Part shown: positions 11,099 through 22,209 of the stretch, piece by piece | Layout: each line of letters begins with the position of its first letter | Numbering within the stretch: position 1 is the first letter of the stretch | Assembly (NCBI GenBank): GCA_039811685.1 | Contig: JBDHZC010000002.1 | Location: forward strand, 352,001 to 416,000 | Source: Armatimonadota bacterium | GTDB taxonomy: Bacteria; Armatimonadota; UBA5829; DSUL01 | DNA: 64,000 nucleotides | Direction of reading: 5' to 3' | Notes under the pieces: generated by a model | What the model was told of the DNA's origin: nothing | The model's database searches: none | What the model saw: only the letters and a program-made list of their open reading frames with translations | Position numbers and translations under genes: made by a program

Positions 11099-12937
11099 TT
11101 GGCCAAGAAATCAGCGGACGCAGCCACAATGCGCAGCGACACAGAGCACTTCGCCCTGACCATTCTCCAGGACAAGCTCTACGAACAGATTCAGTCTTCT
11201 GGACCCAGAAAGACCGGCGAGCTGGTCTCCGGAATCGGGCACCCGGCAGTGAACCTGAGCCTCGCCAAATACGCGCTTCGCTCCTCCAGCCGGTTTGTTC
11301 AGACGCAGAGAAAATGGGACATCTCCGCTCGATGGGAGTCTCCGGAGCTTCCCTTCGAAAAGCTGCTGGAAGGTTTTTTTACCGGATATGGCAGGCCGTT
11401 GACCGCTCAGCAGATTGGCGCCGGCATGGCGACCATCACAGAGCGCGACGAAGAGACCATGACTGCGGTGGCTACCAAGTTTCTGCAGGATTTTGATGCG
11501 TTCACGGCTATTGGCAATGAGTCGTACGGGCTGAAGAGCTGGCTGGTTGACGGGGACTATGAAACGACATCAGACGTCCTTTTCTACAATTTTATGGAGC
11601 CTGAAGACGTGGAGCCGTTCCAGAGCGCCGCAGACAAAGCGGACTGGAAAACAGATCCCGCCGCGGCTGCGCGAGAAGTCGTTCAGAAAGCCAAAGAACC
11701 TGTCAGCATCAAGGCTCTGCAGTTTTTCGCCTGGGAGCACTTCGGGCCAGATATCGATCAGAGTCAGTTGTACGCAGCGATTCTGGCGGATGAGGAGCTG
11801 GGTGTCTCTTCAGACCAGATGGTCTATCCGAAATCAGGCGAGAAGAAGCTTCTTGATGGGCTGAAGACTCTGGCCGCTTCTGTGCAGAACGAGGTGGAAG
11901 AGGAGGAAGACGCTGAGGAGACTCCGCCTACCATCACCGATCAGGACATTGAAGAGTTTGGGCGCATTATTCAGGCCAACGGCGCCGAGACAACTCAGCT
12001 TTCAGACGCTGTACTGAAGATATTTGAGCTTGAGGAAGATGAGCGCGCCTACGAGCCGACTGCCGAGACTCTGACAGAGAGACTGCGGCACGATCCGCGC
12101 TTCACATGGCTGGGGGCAGGGCGTTTCCGCCCGGCCGGAACAGTCCCGGAAGAGTTCCACCAGACCCCGGAGACTCTGCTCATCCCCAAGTACGACTTTG
12201 CGACACCAGATGGTGAGCATTTTGATATCGAAATGGAGACCGCCGGGCTGGAGAGCGGGCTAAGCAAAGAGATTCACGAGCTTTTGGTTCAGGACGTGGG
12301 CGATGAAGACCCGGAAGAGCATCCCGCGAAGCCACCCACGCAAGTGGATCTGGTCTTGAAGTACCACCACAAACAGGAGGGAACCTATCCCCTGGCGCAG
12401 CTTGCGGACGGCTTCTTCGCACTGGAGCCGCAGATACAGGAGATCGTCCTCCGCTACGATGGATCGTCCTATACAGTCTGGCTGAACCGCGAGTCAAGGC
12501 TGCTTTACGGCTTTGGCGAGATTTACGCACTGCTGGACATGCCCATTTCCGGCGGACTGTTCCACCTGAAAGCCACCGACCGCTCGGATGTCTTTGATCT
12601 TGAGTACTCTCAGGAGACGGATGAGACGGCTTCAGTGCAACCGGGACGCCTGCTTGAGCTTCTGCAACTCAAAGAGGAGGCGGACACAGAAAACCTGCCG
12701 ACGTTCGAAGTTGTGTGCAGAATGCTGGAGAGGCAAAGCGGGGGCCTGAGCTATCCGAGATTGTTTGTGGAGCTCAACCTAATCCGCCGCGTGAACCGGT
12801 TGCTGGTCGCCAGCCTTCTGAGCGCCTATCCCTGTTTCTCGCGCCAGGCGACTACCGGGCTGTGGGTGTTTGACGCCAAGAAGAAGTCTCAGGGACTGCA
12901 GAAGTCGAAGCGCAAGTACGTGGTCAGGGAGTACTAA
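11099..12937 (+). CDS. Acidic hypothetical protein with several winged-helix (RpoE-delta/HARE-HTH-like) repeats
   Basis: 612-aa ORF with GGAGG RBS and TTG start, between ftsK and gltX. The domain call is by eye. Confidence 0.7.
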   Translation: MAKKSADAATMRSDTEHFALTILQDKLYEQIQSSGPRKTGELVSGIGHPAVNLSLAKYALRSSSRFVQTQRKWDISARWESPELPFEKLLEGFFTGYGRPLTAQQIGAGMATITERDEETMTAVATKFLQDFDAFTAIGNESYGLKSWLVDGDYETTSDVLFYNFMEPEDVEPFQSAADKADWKTDPAAAAREVVQKAKEPVSIKALQFFAWEHFGPDIDQSQLYAAILADEELGVSSDQMVYPKSGEKKLLDGLKTLAASVQNEVEEEEDAEETPPTITDQDIEEFGRIIQANGAETTQLSDAVLKIFELEEDERAYEPTAETLTERLRHDPRFTWLGAGRFRPAGTVPEEFHQTPETLLIPKYDFATPDGEHFDIEMETAGLESGLSKEIHELLVQDVGDEDPEEHPAKPPTQVDLVLKYHHKQEGTYPLAQLADGFFALEPQIQEIVLRYDGSSYTVWLNRESRLLYGFGEIYALLDMPISGGLFHLKATDRSDVFDLEYSQETDETASVQPGRLLELLQLKEEADTENLPTFEVVCRMLERQSGGLSYPRLFVELNLIRRVNRLLVASLLSAYPCFSRQATTGLWVFDAKKKSQGLQKSKRKYVVREY

Positions 12938-13019
12938 AGCTGAACTGTCCTGAGACTACACACGGCCTGAAAAGCTCTCTCTGTAACCTGCCAGTGCCTG
13001 GCCTGAAGGCAGGCGCGCT

Positions 13020-14525
13020 GTGAACGTGCGAACTCGTTTTGCGCCCAGCCCAACCGGCAGCATGCACATTGGAAACGTCCGGAATGCCGCCTTCTCCTGG
13101 CTTCTGGCGCGTCATTTTGAGGGCGAGTTCGTGCTGCGCATTGAGGATACCGACCGCACTCGCTACGTCCCCGGAGCAGTTGAAGAGATAATAGAGGGGC
13201 TGCGCTGGCTCGGTACAGACTGGGATGAAGGCCCGATCTATCAATCCTCGCGCTTGAAACACTACCAGGAGTACGCGCAAAAGCTCCTGGACGGGGGCCA
13301 TGCGTACTGCTGCTGGTGTTCACCAGAACGGCTGGCTGAAATGCGCGAAGAGCAGCAGAAAGCCGGACGGCCGACCGGATACGACCGATATTGCCGGGAA
13401 GACAGCCACGGCAGAAGTCTCGATGAGCCGCACGTCATTCGCTTTGCAATGCCCACACAGGGTACGACCGTGTTTACGGACGCTGTTCGCGGAGAGTTCT
13501 CCTTTGACAACGTACTGCAGGACGATTTTGTGATGCTAAAGGCGGACGGCTACCCGACCTATCATCTGGCCAGCGTCGTGGACGACTACCTGATGAATAT
13601 CACCCACGTTGTGCGCTCGGAAGAGTGGATTTCCAGCACGCCCAAACACCTGCAGCTCTACCACGCGCTCGGGTGGCAGGCTCCAACGCTGGTTCACCCG
13701 CCGCTGATTCTCGGACCGGATCGATCCAAGCTCTCAAAGCGTCATGGCTCAGTTGCTTTCAAGGACTATATCGAGCACGGCTACCTTCCGGACGCCGTTC
13801 TGAACTTTATGGCGCTGCTCGGCTGGTCGCCTGGCGACAACCGCGAAGTGATGACCCGTGAGGAGCTGACCGAAGCGTTCAGTATCGAAGGGATCGTGAA
13901 ACATCCCGCCATCTTCGACATCCAGAAGCTGGACTGGATCAACCAACAGCATACTAACCGTTTGTCCAACGAGGACTACGAAGCGGAAGTCCGCCGCCAC
14001 ATTCGCCTTTGCGAGACTCACGCAGACAAACTGCCAGAGAACGAGCGCGAAGAGAAGTTGTCTGTTCTGAAGCGGTTTGAGGAGATGTTCGACGGGGTGG
14101 ACCCCGACTACCGCTCTGAGGTTATCGCGCTTATGCAGTCTCGCTCCACGCCCGTAGCCGACTTCATAGATTACTCGTGGAACTATTTCGCAACTGATTT
14201 CGACTACGAAGAGAAGGGTTTGAAGTGGTTGCGGGACGAAACTGCGCCAGGCTACTACGAGAAGCTGGAGGCAGCGCTGGAGGCAACCGACTGGGCTTCA
14301 CCGGCGCGCGAGGAGCTGCATGCGCTGCTTGAGGAGCAGATCCGCAGTGTGGGAGCCAGTGTCGGACGCGAGGGAGGCGCTGTGATTCACCCCGTTCGCA
14401 TAGCCAGCACCGGGCGCACCGTTGGACCGTCTCTTTTTGAAGCGCTTGCCGTCCTGGGCAAAGACCGCGTCATCGAACGTCTGCGAAAAGCCCGACAGAA
14501 ATCCCGGGAGCTGAGCGCATCCTGA
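13020..14525 (+). CDS. gltX: Glutamate--tRNA ligase
   Basis: RTRFAPSPTG, HIGN (HIGH motif), LRIEDTD, YCCWC...YDRYCR Zn site and KLSKRHG (KMSKS motif). Confidence 0.98.
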   Translation: MNVRTRFAPSPTGSMHIGNVRNAAFSWLLARHFEGEFVLRIEDTDRTRYVPGAVEEIIEGLRWLGTDWDEGPIYQSSRLKHYQEYAQKLLDGGHAYCCWCSPERLAEMREEQQKAGRPTGYDRYCREDSHGRSLDEPHVIRFAMPTQGTTVFTDAVRGEFSFDNVLQDDFVMLKADGYPTYHLASVVDDYLMNITHVVRSEEWISSTPKHLQLYHALGWQAPTLVHPPLILGPDRSKLSKRHGSVAFKDYIEHGYLPDAVLNFMALLGWSPGDNREVMTREELTEAFSIEGIVKHPAIFDIQKLDWINQQHTNRLSNEDYEAEVRRHIRLCETHADKLPENEREEKLSVLKRFEEMFDGVDPDYRSEVIALMQSRSTPVADFIDYSWNYFATDFDYEEKGLKWLRDETAPGYYEKLEAALEATDWASPAREELHALLEEQIRSVGASVGREGGAVIHPVRIASTGRTVGPSLFEALAVLGKDRVIERLRKARQKSRELSAS

Positions 14526-14526
14526 T

Positions 14527-15264
14527 ATGCCAGTAATTGACACCTACACCATTTTTGGCGCCTGGCCGGCCGGCGGCGCAGACCTTTCGCTGGAGCGGCT
14601 GAAGGCGGCTCTCGACGGGCGCGAGGTTACCGGGGCCATTGCGCACACAACGGACAGCGTTTTTGAGACCACCGCTGAAACACTGCGCAGCTCTTATCAT
14701 CAGGTGAAATCTGCTGGAGGACTCTCACCTGCGGCGGTCATCAACCCCGTGAGCATGGCTCGGCCGTGGGAATACGCCGACGCGATCGCGAAGCAGCCCT
14801 GGGCGTGTGTGCGCTTCTTTCCCAGTCTGCACCGGTGGCCGATCTCGAGATACACGCCGTTTGACAAATGCCTGGAGGCTATCAAACCGTCTGGGATTCC
14901 TGTGAGTGTCGCCATCAACGAGCCAGGACAGATTACAGCGCTGTCGCGAGTCGCGCTAACCCGGGAGATGACAATCATCCTGGTTCACATTCCGACAGAG
15001 TGCGTCTCAGAGATGGAAGCTGTGCTGCCGCTGATGGAAAACTGGCTGGTATCTACTGACGGGCTAACACACCTGGGACTGCTGGAAGAGATGGTGAATG
15101 TCGTCGGTGTGGATAGAATTCTGTTTGGATCGGCCACTCCGCGCGGCAGTATCGAAGGCGCGCTGCGCTATGTGCGCCAGTCGCATGTACCCGAAGCCGC
15201 CAAGGAAGCCATTTTGTTGACTAACGCCCAGCGAGTATTTGGAGATCGTCTTGCCACTGATTGA
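14527..15264 (+). CDS. Amidohydrolase_2-like TIM-barrel protein with degenerate metal site
   Basis: Family-like segments IDxxxxFGAWP, AAVINP, VRFFPSLH, GVDRILFGS and AILLTNAQRVF. Starts 1 nt after the gltX stop. Confidence 0.8.
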   Translation: MPVIDTYTIFGAWPAGGADLSLERLKAALDGREVTGAIAHTTDSVFETTAETLRSSYHQVKSAGGLSPAAVINPVSMARPWEYADAIAKQPWACVRFFPSLHRWPISRYTPFDKCLEAIKPSGIPVSVAINEPGQITALSRVALTREMTIILVHIPTECVSEMEAVLPLMENWLVSTDGLTHLGLLEEMVNVVGVDRILFGSATPRGSIEGALRYVRQSHVPEAAKEAILLTNAQRVFGDRLATD

Positions 15265-15976
15265 TTCCTTCGCAATCCTCGGGCCCGCCGCCCCAGTGCC
15301 TGGAGACTTCGGACGCGAAGAGTTGCTGCGCCGGATGGACGAGCTGGAGATCACACATGCTATCGTCATCAGCGCGCTCGCCATGGATTGCGATTTTGAG
15401 GTTGGCAACGCGTGGCTGGCAAAAGAGATCGAGAATGAACGGCGGCTGCTGGGATATGCGGTGGTCAACACCAATCACCCACCGCAGGCGATTGAAGACA
15501 TGCGCCGCTATATGTCCCGCAAGAACTTCGTCGGCATGATGCTCGTTCAGGGCAACGGCAACACTCCGGTTTCAAACGCGGATTCAGAAGAGATACTCAA
15601 CGCTTACCGGCGCTACGGAAAGCCGCTCCTGATTAGCGCCCCCAACCGCGAATGCGTCTATGCGGCCTCGGCGCTGGCTGCAAAGTTCGACCAGATGAAG
15701 TTCGTTCTGATGGGAATGGGCGGCGAAGACTGGCGATCGGCAATCTCAGCGGCCACTGCCTATCTCAACATCTATCTGTCAACGACAGGAGAGATATCCC
15801 CGGATAAGGTTCGGCAGGCCTGGCCGGCGGTGAACGGACACAGGATCCTTTTCGGGAGCGGAGCGCCGCTGGTGGACCCCGCTATCGTGCTGGGGATGAT
15901 CGAAGAGGTGGAGTTAGCCGGCCGTGAGAAGGACCTGCTCCTGCAGGGCAATGCTTACAGGACGTTTGCTGGCTGA
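15251..15976 (+). CDS. Amidohydrolase_2-like TIM-barrel protein with degenerate metal site
   Basis: TTG start at 15251 behind GGAG, overlapping the previous stop. Segments ELLRRMDELEI, GN, GYAVVN, RILFGSGAP and LLQGNAYRTF. Confidence 0.8.
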   Translation: MPLIDSFAILGPAAPVPGDFGREELLRRMDELEITHAIVISALAMDCDFEVGNAWLAKEIENERRLLGYAVVNTNHPPQAIEDMRRYMSRKNFVGMMLVQGNGNTPVSNADSEEILNAYRRYGKPLLISAPNRECVYAASALAAKFDQMKFVLMGMGGEDWRSAISAATAYLNIYLSTTGEISPDKVRQAWPAVNGHRILFGSGAPLVDPAIVLGMIEEVELAGREKDLLLQGNAYRTFAG

Positions 15977-16183
15977 AAAAGCGCTTCTAACACACACGGA
16001 AAGCTGACAGATCAAGCAGTCTGCGCATGGCTATTCCAGCCAGCGCCGTAGCCTCTTTTGCGCGCGCCAGCCAGGTGGACGCGACAGGAACGCTGGGCAC
16101 AACTCCGGACCCTGAGCGCCAGATTGGCGGCGCGACAGCCGTGATTGGCATGACCCGGACGACGCCGACACCGCCGGGACCTG

Positions 16184-16221
16184 AAAAACGAACTGCGGGA
16201 CAGGAAACTCTGTCCCGCAGT
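16184..16221 (-). terminator. Intrinsic terminator (minus strand)
   Basis: 12-bp perfect stem, ACTGCGGGACAG/CTGTCCCGCAGT, followed on the minus strand by TCGTTTTT. Confidence 0.7.
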
Positions 16222-16350
16222 CACATAACCTGATAAACTGAACCCCGCTGCAGCTTACCAGGTTCGGTTTGGTCGCCTTGCGTCTTGTTGCTGTGTCAGC
16301 GGCCACTGGCGTGACCGCTCTTGTGTTGTAACCTTCTCTGATGCTCCTCA
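16184..16350 (-). ncRNA. Candidate structured small RNA
   Basis: Three consecutive hairpins. The mismatches in two of them become G-U pairs only on the minus strand. Ends in a terminator, with no credible ORF. The 5' end is uncertain. Confidence 0.4.
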
Positions 16351-16773
16351 CACTTGATTTACCCGCGCGCGGCTGAACCAAACGTAGCCACTAAAGGTGT
16401 TTTTCAACAAATTTCCCCGTACCTCTACTCGTTTTCGCTCCGTGTGCGCCTACTGCGCCCTTCCTTGCGGAATAAACACAGTGAGCGGGGGAATGGATGC
16501 CTCCGAGGGCTATCTGGTCTGGAGTCTGACGGAAGCAAACAGCGCACATCGGACAGCAAGAGATCCTATACTCTGTCGCCGCAACGAAGCTGCTTCGAGG
16601 CGCGCTGGCTGACTTACCAGCAGACTACCGTGTGACCGGTCGCCCGAATCCGCACTTTTCGACCGGATTGGCGTATGAGATATCCCGCGCGCGGCAACCC
16701 CGCCGGGATAGCTGTGCTCGCGGCCTGCAAGGATGCAGACCTGAGCGCGGGAGGAGCAGCGGGAGAAGATTGG

Positions 16774-16809
16774 ACACCCATCTGGATTGGCCAGATGGGT
16801 GTTTTTTTT
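16774..16809 (+). terminator. Intrinsic terminator (plus strand) upstream of the gyrB promoter
   Basis: ACACCCATCTGG-ATTGG-CCAGATGGGTGT followed by a T run. Confidence 0.85.
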
Positions 16810-16938
16810 GCGTACGATTGCCGCTCGGCCGCTAACGGTCATGAGCATTCACGCTGGATAGTCATCAACGCTCCTGAGAAGGAGAAAGACAGGGTCTTTC
16901 TGAGTAGCCGCGCAGTAGCGATTCGAGCGCAAATTACG

Positions 16939-16967
16939 TTGCCTGAAAGGGGACAGCATGCTATAAT
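16939..16967 (+). promoter_or_regulatory. Sigma70-type promoter of gyrB
   Basis: TTGCCT-N17-TATAAT with extended -10 (TGn), then AGGAGG RBS. Confidence 0.75.
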
Positions 16968-16984
16968 TACTAGGAGGAAAGTGA

Positions 16985-19090
<2,106 letters not shown>

Positions 19091-19114
19091 TTGGCAACCC
19101 GGCAGCCACACCTT

Positions 19115-19149
19115 CAGCGGCGCGGCCTTGGCCGGGCCGCTGTGTTTTC
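19115..19149 (+). terminator. Probable terminator after gyrB
   Basis: CAGCGGCGCGGCC-TT-GGCCGGGCCGCTG followed by TGTTTTCT. Confidence 0.5.
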
Positions 19150-19157
19150 TCTGAGCC

Positions 19158-19748
19158 TTGAAGCAGCCTGCAAGAACCTCGATCTGCGTCTTCGCCTCAT
19201 CCAGCAACTACGTTGCGCCGCACTTCTTCGAAGCAGCCGCTGAGCTCGGACGCCTGATTGCCGAGCGTTCCTACCGCCTTGTCTATGGGGGTGGAGGACT
19301 CGGGCTAATGGGAGAGATTGCGCGAAGCGTTCAAAGCCGGGGTGGACAGGTGGTAAGCGTAACCCCGAAATACCTTAAGATTCCCGGCGTGTACTACGAA
19401 GAGGCGGACGAAGTGATCGTCACGGAAACGTTGCGGGAGAGACAGGCGGTTATGCAGAAGCTGGCCAGCGCATTCATCGCGCTACCGGGCGGCTTCGGGA
19501 CACTGGAAGAGCTGCTGGAAATCATTGCGCTCAAGCAGCTTCGCGTTCACAACATGCCTGTTGTGCTCTTGAACACGCACGGATTCTACGATGCGCTGTC
19601 CCTTGTTTTTGAGCAGATTTACAAGCTGCGCTTTGCGAAGAGTGAGTACCGTAACTACTACTTCCTCGCAAAGAGTCCGGAGGAGGCGCTGGCGCACATC
19701 GAGTCGTACTCACCGCAACCTGAACCGGCTGGGGGAAAGTGGTTCTGA
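19158..19748 (+). CDS. LOG family (TIGR00730) nucleotide monophosphate nucleosidase
   Basis: LVYGGGGLGLMG and ALPGGFGTLEEL. Confidence 0.92.
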   Translation: MKQPARTSICVFASSSNYVAPHFFEAAAELGRLIAERSYRLVYGGGGLGLMGEIARSVQSRGGQVVSVTPKYLKIPGVYYEEADEVIVTETLRERQAVMQKLASAFIALPGGFGTLEELLEIIALKQLRVHNMPVVLLNTHGFYDALSLVFEQIYKLRFAKSEYRNYYFLAKSPEEALAHIESYSPQPEPAGGKWF

Positions 19749-19781
19749 CAACGCTGACTATCACTCCCTGGTCCTAACTCC

Positions 19782-20390
19782 TCAGGCGCTCTCCCACCGC
19801 ACCTTCTCCTCAAGCGGACGTCTGACTGATTGGGGCACTGGCTCAGCAGGCCAGCCGAGGAAAAAGAAGCCCAGAAGCCGCTCGTGAGCCTGCAGTCCCA
19901 GCATCTGCGCCACGACAGGATGAGTTGCGAACTCGTTGGTGGTCCATTTGCCTGCAAGTCCGAGCGCACAGGCCATGATGTGCAGATTCTCCACAGCGCC
20001 GGCAACCGCCATCAGCTCTTCGTGCTCCGGCATCTTCAGTGCGCCATCGGGTTTGAGTAACGGCGACATCGCCACAGATATCCACACCGGCGCGCCCCAG
20101 ACGCGGTCGCGCTGCTTCTCGAAAGCCGCCTGATGAAAGGTCTGGGCGCAGGTCTGGCGATAGGCTTCTCCAAAGGCCTCTGACAGCCTGCGCCGGCCAT
20201 CCCCTGTAAAGACCGTAAAGCGCCAGGGTTCGGTCTTGCCGTGACTCGGCGCCCAGTCAGCCGCCCGCAACACTGTTTCCAGAACCTCCCTCGGGACCTC
20301 CCGATCCGAGTGAAGTTGCTCAACTTTCATACTGCGCCGGTTGGCGATAGCGTCAAAAACCGTCTGAGAGGTGTCAGTTAGAGTGGACAT
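19782..20390 (-). CDS. Nitroreductase family protein (YdjA-like)
   Basis: AIANRRS, WAPSHGKTEPWRF, AVENLHIMACALGL and LGFFFLG. Confidence 0.9.
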   Translation of the reverse strand: MSTLTDTSQTVFDAIANRRSMKVEQLHSDREVPREVLETVLRAADWAPSHGKTEPWRFTVFTGDGRRRLSEAFGEAYRQTCAQTFHQAAFEKQRDRVWGAPVWISVAMSPLLKPDGALKMPEHEELMAVAGAVENLHIMACALGLAGKWTTNEFATHPVVAQMLGLQAHERLLGFFFLGWPAEPVPQSVRRPLEEKVRWESA

Positions 20391-20493
20391 ACTTCAGAGA
20401 TGGTGACCGCTTTGGCTTCGGCCGTCAAGAGCGGATAGCGGCAGAAGAGCCTCGGACAACGGCGGGCATTCCAGACGGCGGGAGCAGTTCGAT

Positions 20494-21402
20494 TCAGCGG
20501 AAATGACGGGCGATTTCGTTGTGGTAGCGTGCGCCAACCACACCGGCGTTTGCCGCCAGCCAGTCACTCAGCAGCGTGCGTCCGAGACTCGGCTGGCCGG
20601 AAATAAGGAGATTGTCCATCAGCCCGAGCACTTCTTCGCGCGTCAGAACGACGTCCCGTACCAGCAACCCGATAATGCGGGAGAGGCCGAGCGCGAGATC
20701 CGCAGAGAGGTGGAGCAGGACCGTCTTTCTGCCCGTGACTCTGGCAATAGTCCGAATGAGATCATCAAACGTGAAGACTTCCGGACCCGCCGCGTCCTGA
20801 ACAAAGCTGTCTTCGCGTTGACCTGCTTCCAGCATGAGCTGGGCCATATCCTCTACGAAGATGGGCTGGAGGGCGTAGTGGCCGTCTCCGGGAACCGCAA
20901 ACACCGGAAAGCGCCTCACAATCCAGGCGATGTTGTTGATAAGCACGTCTTCGGCGCCGAAAATCACTGTGGGGCGCAGGATGGCACAGGAAACTCCAGA
21001 TGACATCAACGCCTCTTCCAACTGCGCCTTACCGCGGTAATAGGGCAGCGGCGAGTCCAGGGAGGGATTGGCGATGCTCACATAGACCACCCGGCGAACT
21101 CCCGCATCCTTCGCAGCCCGAAAGAGCATTTTCGTGTTCTCTACGGCCTTCTCGTAGGTGGTTTCGCCGTGGGGATAGCGCACCCAGTAGGTGATGTAAA
21201 ATGTCGAAGCGCCTCGCAGAGACTCCAGCAAGGCCTCGTAATCGTCAAAGTTGTAAGGATAGATTTCAACCGGCACATCGAGCTCTCGGTGCTCGACTCT
21301 TCTGCCCGTGAGCGTACGCACGCAATGCCCCGCCGTGAGCAGCCGCTTTGTCAGGTAACGCCCTGTGTAGCTGAAAGCGCCGGTGACCACGTCAAGAGGC
21401 AT
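20494..21402 (-). CDS. NAD-dependent epimerase/dehydratase-like atypical SDR (NDUFA9-like)
   Basis: VTGAFSYTG Rossmann motif, YYRGKAQLE, ILRPTVIFG and QPIFVEDMA. Confidence 0.85.
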   Translation of the reverse strand: MPLDVVTGAFSYTGRYLTKRLLTAGHCVRTLTGRRVEHRELDVPVEIYPYNFDDYEALLESLRGASTFYITYWVRYPHGETTYEKAVENTKMLFRAAKDAGVRRVVYVSIANPSLDSPLPYYRGKAQLEEALMSSGVSCAILRPTVIFGAEDVLINNIAWIVRRFPVFAVPGDGHYALQPIFVEDMAQLMLEAGQREDSFVQDAAGPEVFTFDDLIRTIARVTGRKTVLLHLSADLALGLSRIIGLLVRDVVLTREEVLGLMDNLLISGQPSLGRTLLSDWLAANAGVVGARYHNEIARHFR

Positions 21403-21503
21403 AGCGCAGACTCACTAAGCGGGCCGATGAGGGTGAGCGAGCTGAGCGCATCAAACTGGACCGCCGGACAAAAGACGCCAGAATCGCCCGCCGCGTCCTT
21501 CGA

Positions 21504-21980
21504 TCAGAGCTGTGCGCTTTCGACCTTGCGAATCTCCATCTCCTGAGGACCGGCGGGCGCTTGAAAGGTGACTGTATCGCCCACTTTCCCGCCCATCAGC
21601 GCTTCGCCAATAGGCGATTGATCACTGATCTTGTCCTGCGTGGGATCGGCGTCCACCATAGTCACGATGTTGTAGACAATCTCCTCGTCCCACGTCTTGT
21701 TATAAACAGTCACCCTGCTGCCAAGCTGGACCTGCCCGGAGTTGTTGCTGTCGTGCTCCACAACTATCGCCCGGCTCAGCACCGCTCGCAATTCGCGAAT
21801 GCGTGCCTCAAGCAAACCTTGCTCCTCTTTGGCAGAATGGTATTCGTAGTTCTCGCTCAGATCGCCGTATCCGCGCGCGTGCTTAATGCGCTCGGCGATC
21901 CGGGGGCGCTCCGTTTTCTCAAGCGTTTCCAGTTCATCTTTGAGCTTCTCGATAGCGGCCCGGGTCAGGTTAATCTGCAT
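21504..21980 (-). CDS. greA: Transcription elongation factor GreA
   Basis: ARGYGDLSENYEYHSAKEEQ, ISDQSPIGEALMG and PAG. Confidence 0.97.
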   Translation of the reverse strand: MQINLTRAAIEKLKDELETLEKTERPRIAERIKHARGYGDLSENYEYHSAKEEQGLLEARIRELRAVLSRAIVVEHDSNNSGQVQLGSRVTVYNKTWDEEIVYNIVTMVDADPTQDKISDQSPIGEALMGGKVGDTVTFQAPAGPQEMEIRKVESAQL

Positions 21981-22062
21981 AGAATGTGCCTCGAATGCGA
22001 AACGGCGTCAAAAAGCGGGAGATTTCCGCGCGCCGCGCGGCGTACTAGACGCATAGCCTCTG

Positions 22063-22092
22063 ATTCTAATCGAACTCCCATTGCATCGTCAA
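22063..22092 (-). promoter_or_regulatory. Putative sigma70 promoter of greA
   Basis: Minus strand TTGACG-N18-TAGAAT. Confidence 0.5.
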
Positions 22093-22126
22093 CTGCAACC
22101 TGCCGGCTTCGACCTGCGCTGGAGCC

Positions 22127-22155
22127 TTGACGGACGGCGGCGGTCGGGGTAGCAT
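22127..22155 (+). promoter_or_regulatory. Putative sigma70 promoter of the isomerase gene
   Basis: TTGACG-N17-TAGCAT. Confidence 0.5.
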
Positions 22156-22209
22156 CCAACGGACTCGCGCTCGCCACAGGGCGCTGCGACGTAGAAAGGT
22201 ATTATTCAG

